64,000 bases of DNA from Armatimonadota bacterium. Its GTDB lineage: Bacteria > Armatimonadota > SYMT01. The notes below the pieces were generated by a model, which worked only from the letters and a program-made list of their open reading frames with translations, made no database searches and had not been told where the DNA came from. Shown here one piece after another: positions 52,281 to 61,896 of the stretch. Numbering within the stretch: the stretch's first letter is position 1; the number at the start of each line of letters is the position of its first letter. The position numbers and the translations under genes were made by a program. The stretch is taken from positions 1,104,342 to 1,168,341 of the forward strand of contig JAWLHY010000002.1 in the NCBI GenBank assembly GCA_041690135.1. Direction: 5' to 3'.

Positions 52281-52374
52281 GGCAGTCCTGTGTGGAGTTC
52301 GCTCGACCGGGGAAGTACTATCCGGGTGCCGGGTCCTTGGCGGTGCCCCATAGTGCCATTCTCGGTGCGGGCGA

Positions 52375-53389
52375 ATGGACGAGTTCAGCCTGATTCTCGC
52401 GGTTCTGGGGGGTCTCATCCTCGGTCTGGGGCTCTGGTCCCGCTGGCTACAGGAGCACCCGGTCCCGGCGACCCTGCTCGCCCTGTGGGCGGGGATGGTG
52501 ATCGGCCCTCGGGCACTGGGCCTGCTCGATCCGGCGGCGCTCATCGGGGCCATCATTACCGCGACCGACCCGATTGCGGCGAGCCCAATCGTTACCGGAC
52601 CGGTGGCGGAGAAAAACCTGCCGGAGCGACTCCGTCATGCCATCTCGTTCGAATCGGGCGCCAACGACGGCCTGAGTTACCTGTTCGTGTTCCTCCCGTT
52701 CCTGCTGCTCACCCGACCTCCGCATGAGGCGTTCTCGCACTGGCTGCTGGAAACGCTGCTGTGGGAGGTCGGCGTGGCCACCCTGTTCGGCGTGGGTCTC
52801 GGCGTTGCGGCAGGCAAGCTGCTCCAGGTTTCGGAGCGGCGCGAGTGGATCTCGCCTCACTGGCGCCTTGTTTATACCGTCGCCCTCTCACTGCTTGGCC
52901 GTGGGTGGGGGGAGACTGCTCCGGAGCGATGAGGTGCTGGTGGTCTTCGCCGCGGGTGCGTCCTTCGTGCAGGTGGTCTCCGGAGACGACCGCGCCAACG
53001 AAGAACAGGGCCAGGAAGCGGTCAATCGCTTCTTTGCCACTCCCATTTTTCTCCTGCTCGGCACGGCCATCCCCTGGGACGGCTGGTTCCGCCTGGGCTG
53101 GAAGGGCCTGCTCCTGGCTATCGCCGTTCTGCTTCTACGGCGCCCGCCTGTGCTGCTGCTGCTCCACCCTTTCCTGGCCATACTGCACCGCCCTGCCGAT
53201 GCGCTCTTCCTGGGCTGGTTCGGCCCGATCGCCGTCGCCGCGATCTACTACGCATCTCTGATGCACCACCGGCTCGGCAACGCGCTGGTGTGGGAGGTGG
53301 TGAGCCTGATCGTGTGCGCCTCGGTGCTGGTTCATGGCCTCACCGCTACGCCGATTACCCGCCTCTACGGCCGCAAAGCAGGCGGATAG
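52375..53389 (+). pseudogene. NhaP-like cation:proton antiporter, frameshifted and apparently internally deleted
   Basis: ATDPI and ESGANDG in ORF 52375-52932; LGWFGPIAVAA in ORF 52724-53389. An extra base near 52897 (CTGCTTGGCCGTG) joins the two frames. Confidence 0.75.
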
Positions 53390-53432
53390 TTCTCCGGTTT
53401 CCGCTCCTTCGAGTAATATCCGGTCATTGCAA

Positions 53433-53469
53433 TCTACGATTGACGCTCGTAGGAATGCGTCCGTATACT
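53433..53469 (+). promoter_or_regulatory. Sigma70-type promoter with an overlapping palindromic operator; likely leaderless mRNA
   Basis: TTGACG 53440-53445, 18-bp spacer, TATACT 53464-53469, ATG at 53476; CTACGA/TCGTAG palindrome flanks the -35. Confidence 0.65.
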
Positions 53470-53475
53470 CTGGAT

Positions 53476-53913
53476 ATGTCCACCTTCGACCGTGCCGCCC
53501 GCCGCTTCATCCCCCGGAAGACCGGAGATGCCAGTCCCCTCGGGCAACTGGAAAGTGCCGTGATGGAGACGGTGTGGTCTCTGGAGCAGCCGGTCTGCGT
53601 TGCCGACGTGCTGGAGGCACTTCCCTCCGGGCATGCCGTGGCGTACAACACGGTGAAGACGACCATGGAGCGACTGGCGGAGAAGAGGATCCTCGCCCGC
53701 ACGAAGCAGGGAAAGGCCTACCTTTACCGCGCCGGCTTGAGCCGGGAAGAGCTCGAACGGCGGATCGTCGCGCACGCGCTCGATCAACTGGTGGAGCAGT
53801 TTCCCCACGCCGTGGCCTCCTTCTTCCTGCAGCCAGACCCCAGCGTCTCCGAGGAGAAGCTGGCGCTGCTGCAGGAAGCGATCGAACGCCGGAGGGAGGG
53901 CCAGGATGGTTGA
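53476..53913 (+). CDS. BlaI/MecI/CopY family repressor
   Basis: LGQLESAVMETVW; AYNTVKTTMERLAEK; GKAYLY. Confidence 0.92.
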   Translation: MSTFDRAARRFIPRKTGDASPLGQLESAVMETVWSLEQPVCVADVLEALPSGHAVAYNTVKTTMERLAEKRILARTKQGKAYLYRAGLSREELERRIVAHALDQLVEQFPHAVASFFLQPDPSVSEEKLALLQEAIERRREGQDG

Positions 53914-54862
53914 GATCGGCTCCTTCGTGGCTCCGTTGGTCTTCGTCTACGGGGCAACGCTGGTGGGGACCGTGGCGGCTCACCTCTTCCGGGCCGGGAC
54001 CCGGTGCGACGGGCGGATACCGACCCTGTGGGAGGCCACGTGGTGCGCCTTCCTGCCCTGGCTCTCCGTCCTCTTCCTCTCCGCAACTGCCGTCACGCAG
54101 CCCCACTGGCTGCCGCCGTTCGCCGGGTTACACGCGCAGTGGCATCAGTGGGAAGCGACGATCCATCGCTCCGAGGCACTCCACGGTCTCCTCCACGCCG
54201 CCAACTGGCTGGTGCTGCTTCTCGCCGCCTGGCTGGCCGGTCGCGCCGTGTTTACCGGGGCGCGGATGCGCGGTTTCGAGAAGACGCTGGAGGAGACAGC
54301 CCGGCCGACCGCCGACCCGGGGGTCTATGCCTTGCCCGCAAGCCGGCCTCTCTGCTTTACCCTCGGCGTGTTCCGGCCGCGAATCTACGTGACGGGTGAG
54401 CTGCTTGCCCAGCTCGACCCGCGCGACACACAGGTGGTGCTCGCGCACGAGGCTGCCCATGTCCGCCGCCGGGATACGCTGGTCGGAGCGGTCCTCACCC
54501 TCTTCTACACGCTGCTGCCGCTGCCGGGGAGCAGCCTGCTCCTTCGAGACCGGCGCCTGGCCGTCGAACGCGCCTGCGACCGGGAAGCCGCGGGGCAGGT
54601 GGGAAGTGCGAACGACGTTGCACTGACCCTCGTACGGGTGGCACGGTTACTCGCACGGTACTCGACGGACGCGCCCAACGCCGTATGCTTTGCCGAGTGG
54701 GGCGAAGATGTGGAAGGCCGCGTGCAGGCGCTGTTGCAGATGCCCCAGCCTTCCGGCAGGGTCCGCCTCGCGACCGGTGCATTCGCCACGTTCTGCCTGG
54801 GCCTGATGATCGGGGCGGCCCTCTGGGTGCCGCACGTCGTCGACCTGTTTGCTCACCACTAA
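53906..54862 (+). CDS. M56 family (BlaR1-like) membrane metallopeptidase without a penicillin-binding domain
   Basis: GVFRPRIY; LAHEAAHVRRRD; ERACDREA; overlaps the repressor stop codon. Confidence 0.9.
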   Translation: MVEIGSFVAPLVFVYGATLVGTVAAHLFRAGTRCDGRIPTLWEATWCAFLPWLSVLFLSATAVTQPHWLPPFAGLHAQWHQWEATIHRSEALHGLLHAANWLVLLLAAWLAGRAVFTGARMRGFEKTLEETARPTADPGVYALPASRPLCFTLGVFRPRIYVTGELLAQLDPRDTQVVLAHEAAHVRRRDTLVGAVLTLFYTLLPLPGSSLLLRDRRLAVERACDREAAGQVGSANDVALTLVRVARLLARYSTDAPNAVCFAEWGEDVEGRVQALLQMPQPSGRVRLATGAFATFCLGLMIGAALWVPHVVDLFAHH

Positions 54863-54934
54863 CGCCCCGTTGACCCGCGGCCGGCGCGAGCGGCCTGATC
54901 TTACTACTTTCAATCGTAGAAGGAACCTGGACGG

Positions 54935-56233
54935 ATGGTCCGAAGACATGCCACGGCCTGGTCCCTGCTGGTAACGGCCCTGTGCCTCTCCACCGCGTCC
55001 ACCGCCTCCGACGCGGAAGCACAGCCGGAAGCCGGACTCAGCGCGGCGGAGGCGGTACGCCTGGCGTTGGAGCAAAGCCCCGTGGTCACCGCCGCGCGCA
55101 GCCGCGTGGAAGCCGCCGCCGCGGGCGTGCGCGGGGCCCGGGCGCCCTACAATCCGCAGGTGGAACTGGCGCCGGGGGTCGGCTTCACCAACGGCAACGC
55201 TCTGCTCTCGCAGCAGTTCGACATCAGCGGGCGGCGGTCCGCGCAGACACAGGTCGCCCAAGGCCTGCGACAGGCCGCCGAGGCGGAGCTGCGGGCCGCG
55301 CAGCTCCGGGTGGCCGCGGAAGCCCGCTCGGCCTACTTCGACCTGGCCCGGGCCGGCGCCATCCATCAGAGTGCCGCGGACACGGCGAACCTGGCCCGGC
55401 AGATCCGGGACCTGGTCCGCCGGCGCGTGGAGATCGGGGAAGCGCCGCAGGTTCAGGTCACCCGCGCCGAGATCGAGGTGGCCCGGGCCGAGCAGGAAGT
55501 CGCCCGTGCCCGGGGGGACGTGCGGGGTCGAGAAGCGGTGTTGAACCTGCTGCTGGGCCGGCCGGCCGAGGCGCCTCTCCGGGTCGCGGACCCGCTCATC
55601 CTACCCGAAGCCCCGGACGGCGCGGGAGAGCTGGCCAGACAGGCTGCGCGCGACCGCCCGGAACTGGCGGCCCTGCGCGGGCAGGTGCGGGCGCAGGAGG
55701 GCGAGGTGGCCGTGGCGCGGGCGCAGCGACGCCCGGAGCTCTTCGCGGACTTCGCCACAGACATCTGGAGCCTGGACCGCGACCCTCTCCGGACTCGCAA
55801 CCTGGGCTTGCAGGCCCGGCTCTCCTTCCCATTGTTCGACCGGGGCCGGCTCCGCGCCGAAGAGGCCCGGGCCCGGGCTGGCGTGCGGGAGCAGGAAGCG
55901 GAGCTGCAGGTTGGCGTGCAGGCCCTGCACCGGGAAGTCGAGCGGGCGGCGGCCGAGCTGACGGCCGCGCGGGAAGTCGCCCTCAACTACCGGGATGCGA
56001 TCCTGCCGCGCACACAGGAGCTACTCCGCGTTACCCAGGCCGGCTTCGCGGCGGGCCTGTCTACCTTCCTCGACGTGCTGGAAGCGCAGCGGGTCGTCCG
56101 GCAGACGCAGGTCGAGTATCAGAACGCTCTCTTTGATGCGGTGCGAGCGCGGATCGCCCTCGACCGTGCCCTCGGCGCCGCTCCCGGTCTTCCCGCCGTG
56201 CCCGCCGGTTTGGAACGGAGTCCCCAACGATGA
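54935..56233 (+). CDS. TolC/CzcC-type outer membrane efflux protein
   Basis: Signal peptide; two OEP repeats; LSFPLFDR; FLDVLEAQR. Confidence 0.9.
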   Translation: MVRRHATAWSLLVTALCLSTASTASDAEAQPEAGLSAAEAVRLALEQSPVVTAARSRVEAAAAGVRGARAPYNPQVELAPGVGFTNGNALLSQQFDISGRRSAQTQVAQGLRQAAEAELRAAQLRVAAEARSAYFDLARAGAIHQSAADTANLARQIRDLVRRRVEIGEAPQVQVTRAEIEVARAEQEVARARGDVRGREAVLNLLLGRPAEAPLRVADPLILPEAPDGAGELARQAARDRPELAALRGQVRAQEGEVAVARAQRRPELFADFATDIWSLDRDPLRTRNLGLQARLSFPLFDRGRLRAEEARARAGVREQEAELQVGVQALHREVERAAAELTAAREVALNYRDAILPRTQELLRVTQAGFAAGLSTFLDVLEAQRVVRQTQVEYQNALFDAVRARIALDRALGAAPGLPAVPAGLERSPQR

Positions 56234-58662
56234 TGGTTACCCTGGCCCGCCGGTGGCCCGTACTGGCAATGGGCGGAGCGCTGCTCCTGGCGGGAGCGGC
56301 CGGCGCCCATGAGGAAGAAGCGGGGCACATGCACGGCCCCGACGGCCGGCACATTGCCGTGGCCGAAACCTTCGGGACCTCGGCCGGAAAGAGCGTCCTT
56401 TCGCATCACGACCTGAAGATCACGGACACCAGCAAGTTCAGCATGCGGAAGGAAGGGGCGGTGGTGGAAGGCGCGGACGTGCACTCCGTGATCCACAAAA
56501 AGGGCGATCCGAAGGCGGTCATCCACCGCGAGCACAACGCCTACGAACCGGAGAACGGTGTCTACGGCTCCCACATGATGTACCGGGAGCCCGGCGAATA
56601 CGTCATTGTCGAGACCGTGAAGCTCCCGGACGGAAAACAGTACACCCTGGAGTTCCCGATCTGGGTTCCGGCCCCCGCGGGGACCGCTCCCCCGCCGGCG
56701 GCCGTCTCCCCGCTTTTCCTGGGTCTCGGCGGACTGGGTGTGGTCTTGCTGATCGGGCTTGCCTTCGCCCTCGGACGCTGGAGCGGACGGCAGGCCGCGG
56801 CCAAGATCGCTCTGCTGGCGATGGCCACCGGGTTGACGCCTCTTTCCGGCGCGAGTGCCGGGGAGGAGGGAGCGGGGCACATGCACGGCCCCGACGGCCG
56901 GCACATCACGGTGGCCGAGAGTTCCGGAGGCGGACCGGATGAGCCGCTGCGCGCCTTTCTCGGCGCCAACCGGGAGATCGAAGCGTTCCAGACGAGGGAC
57001 CAGTACCGTTTCCGCCTTTCCATCGAGAACGAGGAACTGGCGCCGCCCGACCCGGACCTGATCACCCTGCCGGCGGCAGCCGCGGAAACTATTGGCCTGG
57101 AGACGGCGGTCGCCGCGGCGCGTCCGCTGGCGGGCGGGCTCTCTACGACCGGTCAGGTCCGTCCCAACCCAAACGGTACCGTTACGGTGAATTCGCGGGT
57201 GGCCGGCCGGGTGCTGCGGATCAGCGTGACCCCCGGGCAGGAAATTTCGCGAGGTGCGGTCGTCGCCGTGATCGACAGCACGGAGGTTGCCGACGCGCAG
57301 GCGGCGCTGAAGCGGGCGCAGGGGGAACTCCGGCAGGCCGAGGCCGGGCGGGCGCACGCGCGGGCGGAGATCCGCCGCCGCGAGGCGGAAGTGGCGGAGG
57401 CGGAGGCCGGCCTGGAGCGGGTGCGGGCGCAGCGAGCTGAAGCCCAGGCGGAAGTTGAACGGGCACGCGCCGAGCTGGACGTGGCCCGCAGCAAGGCGGA
57501 GAATGCCCGGCGCGTTCTCGCTCGCCAGCAGCAGCTAGCCGCCGCGGGAGCGTTCGCGCAAGGCCCGGTGGAAGCGGCCCGTTCGGCCGTGGCGGCGGCC
57601 GAAGGCGCGCTGCGGGAGGCGCAGACGGCGCTCGGTAACCTGGAGAGCCAGTCCCGGCGACTGGAACTGGGCCTGAAAGACGGCGTGGTGGCGCGGAAGG
57701 ACGTGGAGACCGCCCAGGCCGCCGCTGCACAGGGGCGCACGCGAGTTTCCACCACAGAGCGCCAGTTGGCCCTGGCGCGGTCCGCCCTGGCCCGGGAGGA
57801 GCGCCTCTTGCGCGACAACCTGCGGGACGCCCGCGAGGTGCAGCAAGCCCAGGCCGACCTCGACACCGCACAATTGGGCATCAAGAGCGCCGAAGCCGGT
57901 GTCTTGCGACAGCAGAAGGCGGTCGCCGCGGCGGAAGCCCTGATCGCGAGCCAGCAGCGCGCGGTGCAGTCGGCGCTCGCACAGGTAGAAGCCACGCGCA
58001 GCGAAGCGCGGGAGGCGGACGCCCTGGCCGCCTCGGCCCGCCAGACGGTGACGGCGGCGCTGAACCAGCTACAGCTCCTCGGCGCGCGGCCCGGCGGCGG
58101 GAACCACGTGAGCATCACGGCCCCCATCGGCGGGCACGTTCACGAGCGCCCGGTGAACGCCGGGCAGGTGGTCGCGGCCGGCGAGCCCCTGGCGACGGTG
58201 GTGGACACCGAGTCGGTCTGGGTGGAGAGCAACGTCTTCGAAAAAGACCTGCCCCGCATCCGGGTCGGCCAGCGGGTCAGCATCGGCACGGAAGCCATTC
58301 CCGGGCGGACCTTCGACGGCACGATCAGCTACATCAGTCATGATGTCCACCCGGAGAACCGCGCCGTCCAGGTGCGCACGGTTGTCGCCAACCCGGCCGA
58401 GCTCCTCAAGCCCAACATGTTCGTGCAGGTCGTCATCGCCTCCGGCAACGGCAGCGTCGTGACGGTTCCGCTGGAGGCACTCCAGGAGCAGAGCGGAGAG
58501 CCGGTGGTCTTCGTTGTGGAGGCGGAAGGGGCGTACCGCCGGCGCGTCGTGCAGGTCGGCCCCACGCTCGGGGACCAGGTGGTGATCCAGGCGGGCGTCA
58601 AGGCGGGGGAACAGGTGGTGACGCACGGGGCTTACCAGCTGCTGGCGAAGGTGCGGAAATAA
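56230..58662 (+). CDS. RND periplasmic adaptor (CzcB/CusB-like) with an extra N-terminal His/Met domain and a very long coiled coil
   Basis: VNSRVAGRV and ITAPIGG barrel-sandwich halves; VWVESNVFEKDL; LKPNMF; two HMHGPDGRHI motifs. Confidence 0.88.
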   Translation: MMVTLARRWPVLAMGGALLLAGAAGAHEEEAGHMHGPDGRHIAVAETFGTSAGKSVLSHHDLKITDTSKFSMRKEGAVVEGADVHSVIHKKGDPKAVIHREHNAYEPENGVYGSHMMYREPGEYVIVETVKLPDGKQYTLEFPIWVPAPAGTAPPPAAVSPLFLGLGGLGVVLLIGLAFALGRWSGRQAAAKIALLAMATGLTPLSGASAGEEGAGHMHGPDGRHITVAESSGGGPDEPLRAFLGANREIEAFQTRDQYRFRLSIENEELAPPDPDLITLPAAAAETIGLETAVAAARPLAGGLSTTGQVRPNPNGTVTVNSRVAGRVLRISVTPGQEISRGAVVAVIDSTEVADAQAALKRAQGELRQAEAGRAHARAEIRRREAEVAEAEAGLERVRAQRAEAQAEVERARAELDVARSKAENARRVLARQQQLAAAGAFAQGPVEAARSAVAAAEGALREAQTALGNLESQSRRLELGLKDGVVARKDVETAQAAAAQGRTRVSTTERQLALARSALAREERLLRDNLRDAREVQQAQADLDTAQLGIKSAEAGVLRQQKAVAAAEALIASQQRAVQSALAQVEATRSEAREADALAASARQTVTAALNQLQLLGARPGGGNHVSITAPIGGHVHERPVNAGQVVAAGEPLATVVDTESVWVESNVFEKDLPRIRVGQRVSIGTEAIPGRTFDGTISYISHDVHPENRAVQVRTVVANPAELLKPNMFVQVVIASGNGSVVTVPLEALQEQSGEPVVFVVEAEGAYRRRVVQVGPTLGDQVVIQAGVKAGEQVVTHGAYQLLAKVRK

Positions 58663-58666
58663 CGCC

Positions 58667-61600
58667 ATGCTGGACCGCGTCATTCAGTTCAGCGTCCGCA
58701 ACCGTCTCCTGGTGGTCTGCGTGGCCGTCATGCTCCTGGTTTACGGTGCGGGGGCAATCGCGCGGATGCCCGTGGACGTGCTTCCCGACCTGAACCGGCC
58801 GGTGGTTACCGTCCTTACGGAGGCCCACGGACTGGCGCCCGAGGAGACCGAGGCGCTGGTCACCTTCCCCATCGAGACGATGATGAACGGGGCGAGCGGC
58901 GTGGAGCGTGTGCGTTCCGCCTCCAGCGCCGGCCTCTCGATCGTCTGGGTGGAGTTCGACTGGGGCACCGATATCTTCCGCGCGCGGCAGATCGTCAACG
59001 AAAAGCTGCAGCTCGCGCAGGTTCGCCTGCCGGAGGGAACGACCTCCGCGATGGGGCCGATCTCCTCGATCATGGGGGAGATCATGCTCATCTCCCTGGC
59101 CAGCGAAAGCGGCGTCACGGACCCGATGGAGGTCCGGTCGCTGGCGGACTGGGTGGTCCGGCAGCGGCTCCTGGCGATTCCCGGCGTCTCCCAGGTGGTG
59201 CCGATCGGCGGCGGGACCAAGCAGTACCAGATCCTGACCAACCCGCAGCGGCTCCAGCAGTATGGGCTGACGCTCCAGCAGTTGACCGAGGCCGCAAAGG
59301 GCGCCAACCAGAACACGGCCGGTGGGTTCATCCAAAGCGGACCGCGGGAAGCGGTCGTCCGGATCATGGGCCGGGCGCGGACGGTGGAAGACATCCGCCA
59401 GACCGTGGTGGCGACCTACGGCGGCGTGCCCGTGACGATCGGCCAGGTAGCCGAGGTACGGCTGGGCAAGCCCCTGGCGCGCGGGGACGCCAGCGTGAAC
59501 GGGGTGCCGGCGGTCATCCTCTCCATTCAGAAGCAGCCGAATGCGAACACCCTCTCATTGACGAAGGAGATCGACCGGGCCCTGGACGAGATCCAGGTCG
59601 GTCTGCCGGCGGACGTGAAGATCAACCGTCACCTGTTCCGGCAGTCGCACTTCATCGAGACGGCGGTCCACAACGTGGAAGAGGCGCTGCGGGACGGAAG
59701 CTTCCTCGTCTTCCTCGTGCTGCTCGTTTTCCTACTGAACCTCCGCACCACGGTCATTTCCCTCACGGCTATCCCGCTCTCGTTCGTTACCGCCATGCTG
59801 GTGCTGAACGCGTTCGAGATCAGCGTCAACACCATGACCCTGGGCGGTCTGGCGGTCGCCATCGGGGAGCTGGTCGACGACAGCATCGTGGACGTCGAGA
59901 ACGTCTTCCGGCGGCTGCGAGAGAACCGGCTCAAACCCAATCCCTCCCCTCCGCTGGAGGTGATCTACCGCGCCAGCGCGGAGGTGCGCAACAGCATCGT
60001 CTTCGCCACGATCATCATCGGCCTGGTGTTCATGCCGCTGCTCTCGCTGGAAGGGATGGAAGGCCGGGTGTTCATGCCGTTGGGCCTGGCCTACATCACC
60101 GCCCTGACGGCCTCGCTGGTGGTCTCCCTCACGGTCACGCCCGCGCTCTGCGCCTTCCTGCTCGCGCGGTCGCGCCCCGGCCGGACCGCCCGGTGGGGCC
60201 TGCTGGGGCGGCTCCTGGACGCAGGGGGGCACGACGAGGACACCTGGCTGGTCCGGCGCCTCAAGCGCCTGGACGCGCCCCTGGTCCGGTGGTCGATCCG
60301 GCACTCCGGCGCCGTGATCGCGGGAGCGACGGTGATGGTCCTGGTGGCCGGATCGCTCTTCTCGTTCATGGGGCGGGAGTTCCTGCCGCCGTTCAATGAA
60401 GGCTCCCTTTCCGTGAGCGCGATCCTTCCGCCCGGAACGGGGTTAGCGGAATCGAACCGGATCGGGACCGCGATTGAAAAGGCGCTCTTGCAGGTGCCGG
60501 AGGTGGAGCATACGGGACGCCGCACCGGTCGCGCGGAGATGGACGAGCACGCCGAGGGGGTGCACTATTCCGAGATCGACGTGGGGCTGAAGCCTTCGCG
60601 GCGGTCCCTGAAGGAGATCCAGGAGGAGATCCGGAAGAAGCTCGACCCGATCCCCGGGGTGGTGATTGCGATTGGCCAGCCGATCTCGCATCGCCTCGAT
60701 CACCTCTCCTCCGGGGTGCGGGCCGCGCTCGCCGTGAAGGTGTATGGCCCGGACCTGGACGAGCTGCGCCGCCACGCGCAGGAAGTGCGGGACGTGATGG
60801 CCCAGGTGCCGGGGATCGTGGACCTGCAGGTGGAGCCGCAGGTGGAGGTCCCGGAAGTGCGCGTGAACATCGACCGTGCCGCCGCCGCCCGCTACGGGCT
60901 CGCCCCGGCGGTGCTGGCGGAGACGCTCGAGACGGCCTTCAACGCCCACACCGTATCGCAGGTGCTCCAGGGCCAGCGCACCTACGACCTGGTAGTGTGG
61001 TTCGACGCGGCCTCGCGCAACAACGTGGAGGCGATCCGCTCCACGCTCGTGGACACGCCCACCGGGGCGCGGATACCGCTCGCCCAGCTCGCCAGCGTAC
61101 GCAAGGCGACCGGTCCCAACACCATCAACCGGGAAAATGTGAGCCGGCGGATCGTGGTGCAGGCCAACGTTCAGGGCCGCGACCTGAACGGCGTGGTCAC
61201 CGATCTGCAGGCGCGGATGAAGGCGGTTCAGGCGGGATGGAGCCCCGGCTACTTCCTGGAGTACGGCGGGCAATTCGAGAGCCAGCAGGCCGCCATGAGC
61301 CGGATCCTGCTGCTGGGCGCCTTCACCATCCTGGCCATCTTCCTGGTCCTGTTCATGGCGCTCGGCTCGTGGCGGTTGGCGCTGCAGGTGATGGTCAACC
61401 TGCCGCTGGCGATGGTGGGTGGGGTCATCGCCGTGTTCCTCACGGGCGGAGTGCTCTCGGTCGCCTCGCTGGTCGGGTTCATCACCCTCTTCGGCATTGC
61501 GACCCGCAATGGGATCATGATGCTCTCGCACTATGTCCACCTGATGCGGGAAGAAGGGGAGCCGTTTGGGGAAGCGATGATCGTCCGCGGCACCCTGGAG

Positions 61601-61873
61601 CGCCTGGCCCCGGTGCTGATGACCGCCCTCACCGCCGCGCTGGGGCTGATGCCACTTGCGCTCTCGGTCGGCCAGCCGGGGAAGGAGCTGCTGCAGCCGA
61701 TCGCGGTGGTGATCCTGGGCGGCCTCATCAGCAGCACACTGCTGGACCAGGTGGTGACCCCGGCGCTGTTTTCCCGGATGGGAGTCGCCGAGTTCGGGAA
61801 GTCGATGCCGCCGGATATCCGGCGTGAACAGGTTCCGGAGCCGCCGGCAAGCCCGGCTCCGGCGTGGGAGTAA
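58667..61873 (+). CDS. czcA: CzcA/CusA-family heavy-metal RND permease
   Basis: VDVLPD; NTMTLGGLAVAIGELVDDSIVDVEN; EFLPPFNEG; ERLAPVLMTA. Confidence 0.93.
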   Translation: MLDRVIQFSVRNRLLVVCVAVMLLVYGAGAIARMPVDVLPDLNRPVVTVLTEAHGLAPEETEALVTFPIETMMNGASGVERVRSASSAGLSIVWVEFDWGTDIFRARQIVNEKLQLAQVRLPEGTTSAMGPISSIMGEIMLISLASESGVTDPMEVRSLADWVVRQRLLAIPGVSQVVPIGGGTKQYQILTNPQRLQQYGLTLQQLTEAAKGANQNTAGGFIQSGPREAVVRIMGRARTVEDIRQTVVATYGGVPVTIGQVAEVRLGKPLARGDASVNGVPAVILSIQKQPNANTLSLTKEIDRALDEIQVGLPADVKINRHLFRQSHFIETAVHNVEEALRDGSFLVFLVLLVFLLNLRTTVISLTAIPLSFVTAMLVLNAFEISVNTMTLGGLAVAIGELVDDSIVDVENVFRRLRENRLKPNPSPPLEVIYRASAEVRNSIVFATIIIGLVFMPLLSLEGMEGRVFMPLGLAYITALTASLVVSLTVTPALCAFLLARSRPGRTARWGLLGRLLDAGGHDEDTWLVRRLKRLDAPLVRWSIRHSGAVIAGATVMVLVAGSLFSFMGREFLPPFNEGSLSVSAILPPGTGLAESNRIGTAIEKALLQVPEVEHTGRRTGRAEMDEHAEGVHYSEIDVGLKPSRRSLKEIQEEIRKKLDPIPGVVIAIGQPISHRLDHLSSGVRAALAVKVYGPDLDELRRHAQEVRDVMAQVPGIVDLQVEPQVEVPEVRVNIDRAAAARYGLAPAVLAETLETAFNAHTVSQVLQGQRTYDLVVWFDAASRNNVEAIRSTLVDTPTGARIPLAQLASVRKATGPNTINRENVSRRIVVQANVQGRDLNGVVTDLQARMKAVQAGWSPGYFLEYGGQFESQQAAMSRILLLGAFTILAIFLVLFMALGSWRLALQVMVNLPLAMVGGVIAVFLTGGVLSVASLVGFITLFGIATRNGIMMLSHYVHLMREEGEPFGEAMIVRGTLERLAPVLMTALTAALGLMPLALSVGQPGKELLQPIAVVILGGLISSTLLDQVVTPALFSRMGVAEFGKSMPPDIRREQVPEPPASPAPAWE

Positions 61874-61896
61874 GGTCCGGGAAAGAGGGGAGAAGC

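Noticed and set aside
52902-52912. G-tract phase variation of the antiporter
   Set aside because: The frame switch maps upstream (~52897), and the G-run encodes the expected GGG peptide in the second frame.
53476-54862. Beta-lactam-inducible bla/mec system
   Set aside because: There is no penicillin-binding sensor domain and no adjacent beta-lactamase; the serine hydrolase at 41718 is 10 kb away and unlinked.
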